The notes beneath the pieces are model-generated. The model was not told the origin of the DNA, searched no databases, and saw nothing but the letters and a program-made list of their open reading frames with translations. From an uncultured archaeon (GTDB taxonomy: Archaea > Thermoproteota > Bathyarchaeia > Bathyarchaeales > Bathycorpusculaceae), in NCBI GenBank assembly GCA_963782915.1, contig CAWALK010000001.1, forward strand, positions 128,001 to 192,000: DNA of 64,000 bases, in the 5' to 3' direction. Shown piece after piece: positions 22,100 to 32,828 of the stretch; the stretch's first letter is position 1, and the number at the start of each line of letters is the position of its first letter. The position numbers and the translations under genes are program-made.

Positions 22100-22831
22100 T
22101 TGAGCTTAGCAGTACAAGCAAACACATTAACAAAGCAGTTTGGGCAAATCAAAGCCGTAGACGGCGTCAGCTTCAACATTAAACCAGGAGAAATCTTCGG
22201 TTTAATCGGACCCAACGGAGCAGGCAAAACCACAAGCATCCGAATGGTCTGTACATTAATCAAGCCAACATCTGGTAACATCAATATTTTCGGGTACGAT
22301 GCCGTAAATCAGGCAGAGAAAGCGCGCCAAATCATCACTTATCTCCCGGAAGAATCAGGCGTCTACCCCAACCTCACAGGCTGGGAATACCTGAATTTCA
22401 TGGCTAAACTCCAAGCCGCACCCGGCACAAACATAAAAGACGTCATTAACGAGGCAGCCGAAATCTGCGGTTTAGGTGACCGATTAAAAGACAAAGCCAA
22501 AACGTATAGCAAAGGCATGAAACGGCGCTTGCTCGTTGCTCGCGCCTTGATGACTAAACCCAAGTTGGCGGTGCTCGATGAACCCGCAAGCGGCTTAGAC
22601 GTAATGTATGCTTATCATATCCGAGAAATCGTTAAAACCTACGTCAAAGAACACGGCGTAACCGTGCTGCTTAGCAGCCACAATATGCTGGAAGTAGAGC
22701 ACCTATGCAACCGCGTAGCCCTCGTTAACAAGGGTCATTTGGTGCTTGAAGGGGAACCTAAAGAGCTTAAAGGACGCTACAAATGCGAGAACCTTGAGGA
22801 AGTTTTCATGAAGGTGGTTGGTTATGCTTAA
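22100..22831 (+). CDS. ABC-2 exporter ATP-binding protein (NatA-like)
   Basis: GPNGAGKTT, YSKGMKRR, LDEPASGLD, SSH. Confidence 0.93.
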   Translation: MSLAVQANTLTKQFGQIKAVDGVSFNIKPGEIFGLIGPNGAGKTTSIRMVCTLIKPTSGNINIFGYDAVNQAEKARQIITYLPEESGVYPNLTGWEYLNFMAKLQAAPGTNIKDVINEAAEICGLGDRLKDKAKTYSKGMKRRLLVARALMTKPKLAVLDEPASGLDVMYAYHIREIVKTYVKEHGVTVLLSSHNMLEVEHLCNRVALVNKGHLVLEGEPKELKGRYKCENLEEVFMKVVGYA

Positions 22832-24116
22832 GGGTTTTACAACTATTTTGCTAAAAGAACTCAAAGAACTCATGCGTGACCCCAAAATCCTCATCGGCAT
22901 GATAGTATTGCCGCTGATTATGTTCCCAGTGATGGGTTTAGTCATGGGTTACGCGGTGGAAACAGCGCAGAACGAAGCGCTCAAATCCAATTTGCTAGTT
23001 GTTGATAATGATGGCGGCATCTGGAGTAACGCCTTTGTTAATTATACGAGTTACGCCATGAACGTCGTAGTCATAAACAACACTACGCCCCAGCAAGTAG
23101 TTGATCAGGGTTTACTTGAGAAGAATAATTGCAGCATGTTTGTGCTGTTACCGCAGGGTTTTAGTGCGAATCTCACTAGGCATACAGCGGGCGAAGGCAA
23201 CGTCACCGGCACAGTGGGCATGTACGGCGTCTTCAACGGTGGAGGCGGACTCTTCAGCGGTATCGGCACCTCAAGCGTCACCGCTTTGGTTGAGGGCTTT
23301 AACCGCGCCGTTGCACCCGACTTAGTCGTGGCTTCACAGTCCAGCATCATAAAAGGGCAGATCCAGGAAGGCATAGACTCCAGTGTTTTGGGTACCATGA
23401 TGCTTACCCAATCAATTGCTTTGCCCATTACGATTATGGTTATGTTGACTTATGCTATGCAAATTGCCGCCACCAGCGTTGCTATGGAAAAAGAAGAGAA
23501 AACCCTTGAGACGCTTTTGACTGTTCCAGTTGACCGCTTTGCCATCTTAATGGGTAAAGTTTCAAGCACCATTATCGTCGCAGGCGTTGCTGCAGTAACC
23601 GTGCTAATCGGCTACAATTACATGCTTGGCTCCTTAACCACGGGCATCTCTGGCAGCGTTGGCAGCGGAGTCGATTTAGTCGCGCTCGGTTTAGTGCCAT
23701 CGTTTGGTGGCTACGTATTACTCGGCATTAGCTTATTCTGTACATTGCTCTCTGCACTCGCACTAGCTGTAGTCATGTCGGCGTTCAGCGAAAATGTCCG
23801 TGGCGCACAAGCACTCGTCGGCTACATCTACCCACTCATCTTCCTGCCCGCAATGGCACTAATGTACCTTGACATCAACTCGCTTCCGATGGCACTGCAA
23901 GCAGTGTTCTATGCGATTCCATACAGCCACCCCATCATCGCTTCCAAAGCAGTCGTTACAGGCGACTACTTAACCGTCGTCTTTGGCATCGTTTACGTCG
24001 CAGTCTTCACGTTAGTCATAATGTACGTTGCTTCTCGGTTGTTTGCTACAGAGAAAATTTTGACTGCAAAGTTGGCGTTGGGTAAGAAGGGCAACAAAAA
24101 ACAGTCAAGCGAGTAA
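22824..24116 (+). CDS. ABC-2 exporter permease (NatB-like)
   Basis: KELKELMRDP, EKEEKTLETLLTVPV...ILMGK; multiple TM segments. Confidence 0.9.
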   Translation: MLKGFTTILLKELKELMRDPKILIGMIVLPLIMFPVMGLVMGYAVETAQNEALKSNLLVVDNDGGIWSNAFVNYTSYAMNVVVINNTTPQQVVDQGLLEKNNCSMFVLLPQGFSANLTRHTAGEGNVTGTVGMYGVFNGGGGLFSGIGTSSVTALVEGFNRAVAPDLVVASQSSIIKGQIQEGIDSSVLGTMMLTQSIALPITIMVMLTYAMQIAATSVAMEKEEKTLETLLTVPVDRFAILMGKVSSTIIVAGVAAVTVLIGYNYMLGSLTTGISGSVGSGVDLVALGLVPSFGGYVLLGISLFCTLLSALALAVVMSAFSENVRGAQALVGYIYPLIFLPAMALMYLDINSLPMALQAVFYAIPYSHPIIASKAVVTGDYLTVVFGIVYVAVFTLVIMYVASRLFATEKILTAKLALGKKGNKKQSSE

Positions 24117-24212
24117 ACCTCGCCCTTTTTTGGGCTTATCTGGGAATCACGCGACGTTTCGCATGTAATTCCCCTCAGATATTTTTCAGGACATTAAATT
24201 TGTTGGCAATTT

Positions 24213-24268
24213 ATTTTTTTTATTATTGGTTGCTGCTTTGGACCTCTATTATTTCAACAACAACCAAC
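24213..24268. repeat. Module D hairpin repeat
   Basis: About 90% match to 41366-41416; 10-bp inverted repeat TTGGTTGCTG...CAACAACCAA. Confidence 0.75.
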
Positions 24269-24577
24269 GCTTTGTGCTATGGGCTGATTTTTTGGTTTAG
24301 GCATGAATGGGCATTGCAGGTTGGTTGTGCAGTAAACCGCAAGCTCCACAGCCAAAAAAATTATTCTGCTAATAGGAAAAGGGAGGTGCCAAACAAAACA
24401 TTACCGAATAAGGCCAGTCTAGCTAGCAACCTATCGAAAGCCAAAACTTTCCCAACCTAAACCAAGCCAGTGCTTATATGTTTTTGTTGTTGTACAACGT
24501 TAGCCACATTTTTTAATTAACTTGTCAGGAGAGATACTAAATTAATTCAGGCTTGCAAAAAAGTTTGAGGTGTTTTT

Positions 24578-24778
24578 ATGGAAACGATTTTAAAACAAAT
24601 CCAACAACGAGAGACCCCCCAAAGAGAAACTTTTAACAACTCACACAGGTACATGCCCCGAGTCCACGAAGTACGCGCGCCTTGCCAATGGCTTGAACAT
24701 TGTGAGGATGGAAAATGCCCCGCATTTGTGAGGTTAAACGGAAACTTTTACTGCGCCAAGATCCGTGCGCAAACCTAA
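24578..24778 (+). CDS. Small Cys-containing hypothetical protein
   Basis: GAGGTG RBS; PCQWLEHCEDGKCPAF...FYCAK. Confidence 0.65.
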   Translation: METILKQIQQRETPQRETFNNSHRYMPRVHEVRAPCQWLEHCEDGKCPAFVRLNGNFYCAKIRAQT

Positions 24779-24862
24779 TTTTCCCTTTTTAAAAAATAGT
24801 TAAACTCGCAAACGTAAAATAGAAAATCAAAGCCTCGAAGAAAAAGTAAGAAAAATAGGCAT

Positions 24863-25291
24863 CTATCTTACTAATATAACTGTGCAGATCAGCGAACGCA
24901 TCACTTTCTCGCTAATACTACCCAAAAACATACCCTTCACTTTACCAAGACCCCGATGCCCAACCACTACCACATCAAAATTTCCCTCATTAGCGGCAGC
25001 AACAATCTCCGATGCGGGGTCACCCTCGCGTAAACTCGTTGAAACATTAACTGCAGGATGGGAACTCTTTGCGTGAGCTAGAGCTTTCTCTAAAATATCT
25101 TCGTGGATTTTGCGTAAATCACGGGCTACCGAAACCATGCCATCACCGGTGTAAGCGGCAACCGCTGAGGATTCACTAACATTAACGACTGTTAGAGACG
25201 CCGAATATTTCTCCGCAAAGTCTAGTGCGAAATCTAGTGCTCTCTGCGAATTTTCAGAGCCATCCACTGCAACCAAAACATTACCAATCAA
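24863..25291 (-). CDS. Universal stress protein (UspA family)
   Basis: VLVAVDGSENSQRAL, GDPASEIV, VVVGHRG..FLGSISEKV. Confidence 0.93.
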   Translation of the reverse strand: MIGNVLVAVDGSENSQRALDFALDFAEKYSASLTVVNVSESSAVAAYTGDGMVSVARDLRKIHEDILEKALAHAKSSHPAVNVSTSLREGDPASEIVAAANEGNFDVVVVGHRGLGKVKGMFLGSISEKVMRSLICTVILVR

Positions 25292-25444
25292 ACATAATAC
25301 CCATACAATAATTCCCAATTTGAAGCATTAAGCTTTTCTACCAACCGCTAACCCATCAAGCAAAGCATGGAGATTCGTTTAAGAAATATAAGGCTAAAGT
25401 GCTATGTTATCTAGCTAATAGAGAAACTTTGCGGGTGTACAGCG

Positions 25445-27095
25445 ATAAATAAGTATAGCCAAATCCTAACTATTTTGCTTATTACATTAGCGTTTTTACC
25501 AGCACTCGTCATGCCTTTCAACGTCCTACCCGTGCAAGCTGCGGAAACTGACCCCGCATCTTCATGGTCTACTATGGCAACGATGCCAACCGCGCGAGGA
25601 GGATTCGGCATAGCCGTAGTCAACGGAAGAATATACGCCATAGGTGGAGTAAACGGCGATAACAAAGCTTTGAGCACGGTTGAAGAGTACAATCCTTTAA
25701 CGAATGAGTGGTCTAGCAAAATGTCTATGCCCACACCCCGAACAGGCTTTGCTATATCGGTGTATGGCGACAAAATCTATGCGATAGGCGGAACCGTCGG
25801 AAACGGCTATGTTGGCAACAACGAGGTATACGATCCAGTAACGAATACTTGGACAACAAAAGCGTCCATGCCTACCCCTAGAGCTGACTTATCAGCTAAT
25901 GTAGTTAATGATAAAATGTATCTTATTGGCGGAAAAAGATACAGCGGACAAGACCCCTTCTATAAAGAAACTGACATAAACGAATGCTATGACCCCGCAA
26001 CTGATAGCTGGAGCACAAAAGCTTCTCTTCCAACCGCCACTCAAGGGTACGGTTCTGCGGTTGTCGATAACAAAATCTATGTTATCGGCGGCTCAAAAAC
26101 TCCAATATCCTCCGGCATAAGTAGCATTATCAACAATAACCAAGTGTATGATTCACAAACTGACCAATGGGCTATAGCAGCACCTATTAGCAGTTTATCG
26201 AGCTATGGCGCAGCAGCTGCCACAGAAGGCTATCTTGCACCCAAAGCTATCTACTATGTTGGCGGCTTCACCGGCGGCGAATTTAGCGATCAAACAAAAA
26301 TCTACACTTTATCCAATAATTCGTGGAGCTTCACCGAAGCAATGCCGACTGCCCGAGCATACTTGGGTTTAGCAGTTGTCAATGATGTTTTTTATGCAAT
26401 CGGCGGTTTCGATGGAACCAACTGGTTAAACACTAATGAACAGTACAAACCCGTAGGATACGGATCAGTTGCGCCAAGAGTGCAAATTACTTCGCCCGAA
26501 AACAAAACCTACCAATCAGTATCTCTGGTTTTTACAGTTAACAGGGGCACTCAATGGATGGGTTACAGCCTAGATGGAAAAGCCAACCTGACTATAACAT
26601 CGGAAACTAAACTTACCGGTCTCTCACAAGGCGCACACCAAATAGCACTCTATGCTAACGACAGCGCCGGCAACATGGGGGCCTCAGGCATAGTTCATTT
26701 TTCGATTGATTCCAAAGCGCCAACAATAGTACTAATGCAACCAGGAAATCAATCATATGATTCAGCCGATGTGCAGTTGATGTTTGCTGTCGACGAAACG
26801 AATGCAACTTTAGCTTACAGTCTAGATGGGCAAACAAGTGTACAGATAATTGGAAACATGAGTTTGGTTGCGCTCTCAAATGGAGCTCATCGGGTTACAG
26901 TTTTTGCAACCGACGACGTTGGGTAATAACGCCGAAAAAACAGTGTACTTTAACATAGCGCCTTTTCCGTGGTTACTGGTTGTTGCTGTGTTGACTATCA
27001 TTATTATCGTGGCTGCAGTAGGTTACATTGCGATTAAAAGGAAAAAAACGGGTGCTGTTACGCCAGCATCCTTGCCTGTTGCTAAGCAAAATTAG
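25445..27095 (+). CDS. Secreted kelch-repeat protein with Ig-like domains and C-terminal TM anchor (frameshift near 26921; possible ATA start)
   Basis: Six kelch repeats (MPTPR..., IYAIGG, YDP.T..W); YSLDG-containing Ig-like repeats; ORF 26868-27095 supplies the TM anchor. Confidence 0.85.
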
Positions 27096-27397
27096 GTTAA
27101 CTTCGAAAGAAGCCCTAAGAGCGCACCAATTACGACCAGTATACCACCGATTCCACCTGCTATTATGCCCAAAATCAGAAGTACGATTGCCCAGCCCAAA
27201 TTACCCACATATTTAGAACCAATCACGCATATTATGCCTATAATTAGCTGTATTACCCCGCTTGCGAGTGCACCAACAGCGCTTAATGCCGAAAAAGCAA
27301 GGAAAGGCGATCCAATGATGGTAAGTAAAGCAAGAATAATAATTATGATGCCGCCGACTAACGCCAAAATATAGCCTGCATAAGATAAAGTAGCCAA
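27092..27397 (-). CDS. Small Gly-rich membrane protein
   Basis: 3-4 hydrophobic helices; GGAGGTG RBS. Confidence 0.75.
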   Translation of the reverse strand: MATLSYAGYILALVGGIIIIILALLTIIGSPFLAFSALSAVGALASGVIQLIIGIICVIGSKYVGNLGWAIVLLILGIIAGGIGGILVVIGALLGLLSKLT

Positions 27398-27576
27398 TTT
27401 AACAATTCACCTCCATAAAAGACAACCAACAAAAAAGTTGCAGAAACCGTTCTCCTAATCAGCCAAGAGATTATGAGGTTTTAAGTCTTTGTGGTTGTAT
27501 GCCAACTCTAACAGTGGAACATGGATAATTTTAATTAAACAGGACACCACGCAATTCAGGGAGGAGCCACTTAGTA

Positions 27577-27828
27577 ATGGGTTACCAAATTGATTACGCT
27601 GCAGGCGAACGGGCAGGTTGTTCATCGCAGATAACAATCGCCGACAGAATCTTCTACTCTAAACATTTCGCTGCTTCGCCGTCACGGTTTTTCTCAGCGG
27701 ACCAGCAGGCTGTGGTTGAGAAAGAAATTTCTAAAGCTGAATTCGAGTTGTGGATAGGCATCTTAGCAGATAGCGAAGCGGAAGCAGCTGAAGCTATTAA
27801 GAAAATGTCGCATGGCAAAAAATATTAG
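27577..27828 (+). CDS. Hypothetical protein
   Basis: GGAGGAG RBS; 83-aa ORF. Confidence 0.65.
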   Translation: MGYQIDYAAGERAGCSSQITIADRIFYSKHFAASPSRFFSADQQAVVEKEISKAEFELWIGILADSEAEAAEAIKKMSHGKKY

Positions 27829-27831
27829 CTC

Positions 27832-28581
27832 TTAGATGTCTCTCCAACGGGTCTTCTTTATTGCCACATAAAGTATGACGGCGCAGACGCCTAAGAGAAC
27901 TGCCCAATCCAGCGCAACTCTTGCAGTTGATAATTCAAGATAACCCATTGTTGAATGCATAATTTCTGCAGCATATGTTGTCGGGGAGAGATATGCTAAA
28001 TAATTCAATGGATAAGGCACCAGAGTTATTGGGTAATAAACAGGCGGCAACGTAGCAAACAACAGTGAAAGTAGCCTAGAGAACGCGTAACTCTGCACTA
28101 CATCACTGGAAAAAGTCGAGAGCATAAAGCCGATTGCGACTGATATAGCAAACATCAGCGCCAAAACAGTAGCCAAGATGGCTATTTGGATTAGGGACGG
28201 CTGCAAATAAATGGCGGCGAGCGCGATAAGGATGGCTATGCCGGGGATTGAGTAAACTATCTCCGCCAATGCCATACCGCCCATGTACATATTAGCGCTA
28301 GTCGGCGAACTTACAATCATATCTTGGAGTTTGAAATCATTTTTTAGATGTGAGAGGTCTGATTGTAGTGCGATGCCGCTTGAGAAGAAAATCATGATTA
28401 ACCCGCCTAAAATGGCTGTACCTAACAAGGCACCGCCGCTGACAAAAGTGATAACCGCCAACAGTGACAGCGGTGAAATCACTGTGCTAATGGTAACTAC
28501 GGGGTAATTTTTCATTTCATAGATAGCATTAACCAGCACTCCCGCGAGGATTTGGCTTAATCTGTTACGCTTCATTTTCAT
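27832..28581 (-). CDS. ABC-2 transporter permease
   Basis: 6 TM segments; PVYYPI..VP.PL..LAYLSPTTY. Confidence 0.88.
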   Translation of the reverse strand: MKMKRNRLSQILAGVLVNAIYEMKNYPVVTISTVISPLSLLAVITFVSGGALLGTAILGGLIMIFFSSGIALQSDLSHLKNDFKLQDMIVSSPTSANMYMGGMALAEIVYSIPGIAILIALAAIYLQPSLIQIAILATVLALMFAISVAIGFMLSTFSSDVVQSYAFSRLLSLLFATLPPVYYPITLVPYPLNYLAYLSPTTYAAEIMHSTMGYLELSTARVALDWAVLLGVCAVILYVAIKKTRWRDI

Positions 28582-29476
28582 CCTCCGCTTTTTGCTCCAC
28601 TAGACGGAAGAAAATATCATCCAAGGTAACAGGTGAAATGGAAAATTTTTGGCCTTGTTCTGAAAGCAATTTTGCTAAGTTGAAGGCTTCTTTTTCATTG
28701 GTCATTACTTGAGTGTAACCAGTAGGACTGATTGTTACTTCTGCATCCTCTAAGGGTGGAATCTGCACTTTAGAGGATAATTTTACGCTGTATTGATATT
28801 TTGAGCTTTTTCTTAACTCTGAGAGGGTGCCCATTGAGACTAGTTTTCCTTCTTTTAGGATACCGATTTTGTCTGCTAGTTGCTCTGCTTCTTCAAGGTA
28901 ATGCGTTGTTAGGAAGATGAAGCGAGTTTTACCTAAATCACGGAGGATATCCCAGAGTTCACGCCTAGAAATGGGGTCAAGCCCAGTTGTGGGTTCATCG
29001 AGGAATATGATGTCTGCTTCTGATGCGGTTACGGTGGCGATGAGTACTTTGCGTTTGGTTCCACCGGACAGTTTACTGTTAAGTATATTGGCATATTGCT
29101 CTAACCCCAGCTTCGTTAGTGACTCACACGCAAGCCGATTCGCTTCTTTGTAGGGGTAGCCCCGCCAGAGTAGATATGAGAAGACAGTTTGTTTTGGGGT
29201 CATCCATCGGATTGTTCGGGCTTCTTGTGGTACAATCGCGATTCTCTCGCGCAATTTACTGGTTTTAGTTAGTATGTCTAAGTCGTTTATGCTCGCTGAA
29301 CCTGAAGTTGGTTCAAGTTCAGTGGAGAGTATGCGTATAAGAGTTGTTTTTCCTGCGCCGTTTCTGCCTATTAACCCAAAAATGCCCTTAGTATCAACTG
29401 ATAAGCTGACGTTGTCAAGTGCTGTGCGGTGGTCCGTGTAAACCTTCGTTAACCCATTGCATTCGAGCTTACCCAT
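28565..29476 (-). CDS. ABC transporter ATP-binding protein
   Basis: GRNGAGKTT, LSGGTKRK, LDEPTTGLD, TTHYLEEAE. Confidence 0.93.
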   Translation of the reverse strand: MGKLECNGLTKVYTDHRTALDNVSLSVDTKGIFGLIGRNGAGKTTLIRILSTELEPTSGSASINDLDILTKTSKLRERIAIVPQEARTIRWMTPKQTVFSYLLWRGYPYKEANRLACESLTKLGLEQYANILNSKLSGGTKRKVLIATVTASEADIIFLDEPTTGLDPISRRELWDILRDLGKTRFIFLTTHYLEEAEQLADKIGILKEGKLVSMGTLSELRKSSKYQYSVKLSSKVQIPPLEDAEVTISPTGYTQVMTNEKEAFNLAKLLSEQGQKFSISPVTLDDIFFRLVEQKAEDENEA

Positions 29477-29610
29477 AGCTCAACATCCATAAAACACCAT
29501 GTTTATGTTTTTAAGGAGTTTACGTAGCCCCAACTAAAAACATTCCTAATTACCGACAAACATATTTTATACCTTACTCAAACTGCTAAATATCACAAAG
29601 AGGAAAACAT

Positions 29611-30633
29611 ATGACTGTTCACTTATTACCATGGGATACCAGCCGCAATTTACTCGCGGAAGCAAACGATCTCTATGACAAGGCAGGCACATTCAAGGGC
29701 ATAGAGAAGGGCGATTTAGTGGCCATCAAACTTCATGTTGGCGAACTTGGCAACCCCTATTATGTACAGCCATTCTTCGTGCATGAAATCGTACGCAGAG
29801 TCAAAGAACTCGGCGCCAAACCTTTCCTAACGGATTCCAACACATACTATATGGCGCAGCGCCACAACGCCTACGACCACATGAACAACGCATTAATGAA
29901 CGGATTTAACATGGCTCCCTTCATCGTCGCAGACGGTTTAAAAAGCGAAAATTTTGCTCTTATAAAAACGAAGGGTATTTTTAGCGAAATTGAGGTTTCA
30001 GGTGTCATCGCCCAAGCTGACGCCATGATAGTCGTTTCCCATTGCAAAGGACATGAAATAAGCGGTTTCGGCGGCGCCATTAAAAACCTGGGCATGGGCT
30101 GCACACCCCACGCTGGAAAACTACGCCAGCACAGAACCGTCGGCTTAGAAATAGACACCAGCAAATGCAATGGGTGTGGCAAATGCAAAGAAGCCTGCGC
30201 ATTACATATCCCCGACATAATCGAGGGCAAAGCACATAACCGCTCAGAAAAATGCATGCGATGCCCCGTATGTATTGAGAATTGCCCAATGGATGCCATC
30301 CGCTTCACTGATAAACAAAACATGTGCAAAGCTCTTGCCTCAGCCGCTTACGGTGTACTTTCGACCTTTAAACCCGAAAAAGTTTCGTATGTTAATTTTG
30401 CAAAAGATATTTCGGCTTACTGTGACTGTTTGCCTTCACCAGGCGATATAATTCTAAAAGACGTGGGCATTTTTGCTTCACCTTCAGCTGTGTCAATTGA
30501 CGCTGCTTTTCTCCACTCAGTTGATTATCGGGTGCTTAATGAGGCATCTGAGGTTGATTGTATGGTGCAGGTGCAGGAAGCAAAAGCATTAGGCATAGCT
30601 GGCGAACTTAAGCCCAAAATTGAGTTACTTTAA
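29611..30633 (+). CDS. DUF362-domain Fe-S protein with ferredoxin insert
   Basis: VAIKLHVGE, KGHEISGFGGAIKNLGMG, two CxxCxxCxxxC motifs, CDC. Confidence 0.88.
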   Translation: MTVHLLPWDTSRNLLAEANDLYDKAGTFKGIEKGDLVAIKLHVGELGNPYYVQPFFVHEIVRRVKELGAKPFLTDSNTYYMAQRHNAYDHMNNALMNGFNMAPFIVADGLKSENFALIKTKGIFSEIEVSGVIAQADAMIVVSHCKGHEISGFGGAIKNLGMGCTPHAGKLRQHRTVGLEIDTSKCNGCGKCKEACALHIPDIIEGKAHNRSEKCMRCPVCIENCPMDAIRFTDKQNMCKALASAAYGVLSTFKPEKVSYVNFAKDISAYCDCLPSPGDIILKDVGIFASPSAVSIDAAFLHSVDYRVLNEASEVDCMVQVQEAKALGIAGELKPKIELL

Positions 30634-31388
30634 GCAACATATTCCATGTTTGCTTGCTGAACTCTCTTTCTAATTCTTCTTCGTCTAACCAAGTACAATA
30701 CGAATAACACCACTACCACCACTGCAACGGCTATGACGATGTAATGAGAGAAACCTGCAACCTCATCCCATTTTGAGCCCAAATAGTATCCGACGAAGAT
30801 AAGAAGGCTATTCCAAAGAAGGCATCCCGCTACGGTATAACCAAGGAACTTTGCTATCGGCATTCGAACTGCACCAGCGGGAAAAGAAATAAGTGTCCTA
30901 ACCGCAGGAATTAATCGCCCTACAAACACCATAGCGGAGCCATATTTAGCGAAATAGTTTGCAGCGACTTTTAGTTGGCTCTCAGAAAATATCGACCTAC
31001 CTAACAGTCGATATTTTGTGAGGACTTCAACACCTTTTAACCCTATAAAATAATCAACCAATGATCCTGCCACAGCGGCGATTGTTGCAACAGCGAGCGT
31101 GATCCAAAAGTCAAGATGTCCTAAGGAGACGAGATAGCCTGCGAAGGGTAGAATGATTTCGCTGGGTATAGGCAGTGAACTTGCTTCAAGGATCATTAAA
31201 CCAAAGACGCCGCCGTATCCCCATGAACTCACGGTGCGGGTAAAGGAAAAGTTGCTAGGTACACCTTTTACAAATATATCAGCCAAAATCTCAACCAAAA
31301 CGTAAACAATTAAGGCGAGGGCTATGGCTATGATGATTAGTTGTGGCGCTTTCTTTTTTAAAGTAGCGAAATTCATTTGCCAGCCCAA
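30630..31388 (-). CDS. DedA family membrane protein
   Basis: LEASSLPIPSEIILPFAG, FVGRLIPAVRTLISFPAG. Confidence 0.92.
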   Translation of the reverse strand: MGWQMNFATLKKKAPQLIIIAIALALIVYVLVEILADIFVKGVPSNFSFTRTVSSWGYGGVFGLMILEASSLPIPSEIILPFAGYLVSLGHLDFWITLAVATIAAVAGSLVDYFIGLKGVEVLTKYRLLGRSIFSESQLKVAANYFAKYGSAMVFVGRLIPAVRTLISFPAGAVRMPIAKFLGYTVAGCLLWNSLLIFVGYYLGSKWDEVAGFSHYIVIAVAVVVVVLFVLYLVRRRRIRKRVQQANMEYVA

Positions 31389-31508
31389 GGTACCGCTCTA
31401 ATTAGTGATGCACCCAGATTTAACTTCGACTATACTCTACGGGGAATCCCAAATATGCTTTTTATAGAAGCCGCATCTAAACATAACCTTGCGTAAGGAG
31501 CGGTTTTA

Positions 31509-32192
31509 ATGGAGATAGTTGAGGGTATCTATCGGGTGGATGAAGCCAGCAGCAACCTTGCCCACAGCAACGTTTACCTCGTAGTAAACGGGAACGAATT
31601 GCTTGTAGTGGATACTGGCACAGCGGGCAACGCCAAAAAAATTGTTGCCTTCATCGAAAAAACTGGGCACCAACCACATGACGTTTCAACCATTATCCTC
31701 ACACATTACCATATGGACCATGCCGGCAGCGCAAAAGACCTAAAAGCGCTCACAGGCGCCAAAGTCGCCGCCAGCACAGAAGACGCCCAAGTAATCGCCG
31801 GTAAAAAGCCCTATCCTAAACCAAACAACCTGCTTATGCGTGCCACCTCCATCATCAAACCCTCGCCAGTAGACGTTGAGATATTGCTCAAAGAGGGCGA
31901 CACAATCGGCAACCTCACAGTGATTTCTACTCCGGGTCATACGGCTGGAAGCATCATGCTGCTCGACAAGCAAAAGGGGGTTCTCTTTGCAGGTGATACT
32001 TTACGGAATGAGGGTGGCAAGGTTTCGGGTGGGCCTGGGCATTTCACTTGGGATGACGCAAAAGAAAAGGAGTCAATCCAAAAAGTGGCAGCCCTAGACT
32101 TCACTGTTATGTTGCCGGGGCATACGCAACCGCTTATTGGCAACGCTTCAGGGGCAGTGAAAGCTTTTGTTGAGGCTTCAAATAAAGCCTGA
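31509..32192 (+). CDS. MBL-fold metallo-hydrolase
   Basis: THYHMDHAG, TPGHTAGS, FAGD, PGH. Confidence 0.92.
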   Translation: MEIVEGIYRVDEASSNLAHSNVYLVVNGNELLVVDTGTAGNAKKIVAFIEKTGHQPHDVSTIILTHYHMDHAGSAKDLKALTGAKVAASTEDAQVIAGKKPYPKPNNLLMRATSIIKPSPVDVEILLKEGDTIGNLTVISTPGHTAGSIMLLDKQKGVLFAGDTLRNEGGKVSGGPGHFTWDDAKEKESIQKVAALDFTVMLPGHTQPLIGNASGAVKAFVEASNKA

Positions 32193-32268
32193 TTTTTAGT
32201 GTTGGGATTTGGCTAAAGTATTTTAACAAAGCCCATGTATTTTGAGGCAGCAACCAAAATAGAGTAGG

Positions 32269-32820
32269 ATGTTTGCGGTGCCTTTCCAAAGTGCAGTCGA
32301 ATATGTTATGGGCAGGTTTATTCGGTTATTAACAAAGCTGCCCTTGCAGAGGCTGGTTTCTTTGGTGGCTCAGGAACAATCTTTTTTGGATTATTTTAGG
32401 GGTTTTGAGAATAATGCGGCTGTGCGGGGAATATTTGGAGCGCAAACCGAGGAAGTTCTCAAAAACCTCAAAGTGGATTTCATCTGGTTTGGCTACATGG
32501 GCGTAAGCGACAGTAACGGGCACCTGCTTGTGAACAAGCGTTACTTAGCTAACGGAAGCAGAGAAGACATTTACCTTGACATCATCCATGAACTCTGCCA
32601 TGTAAAACAGCATCTGGAAGGCAGAGATCTCTTCGATCCACGCTATGACTATGTTGATAGGCCAACGGAAATCGAAGCTTATCGTTACGCCGTGCAGGAA
32701 GCCAAACGCATCGGGGTAAGCGACTCATATATTCGTCTTTACCTTAAGGCGGGGCCGATTGGCACTGTTGCTTTGGAGAAGCTGATTAGGAACATGGGTG
32801 TAACTCTTGAGGTATCTTGA
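32269..32820 (+). CDS. Hypothetical protein with zincin-like HExxH motif
   Basis: IIHELCHVKQ...YVDRPTEIEAY; true start may be downstream. Confidence 0.7.
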   Translation: MFAVPFQSAVEYVMGRFIRLLTKLPLQRLVSLVAQEQSFLDYFRGFENNAAVRGIFGAQTEEVLKNLKVDFIWFGYMGVSDSNGHLLVNKRYLANGSREDIYLDIIHELCHVKQHLEGRDLFDPRYDYVDRPTEIEAYRYAVQEAKRIGVSDSYIRLYLKAGPIGTVALEKLIRNMGVTLEVS

Positions 32821-32828
32821 TTTGTTTT

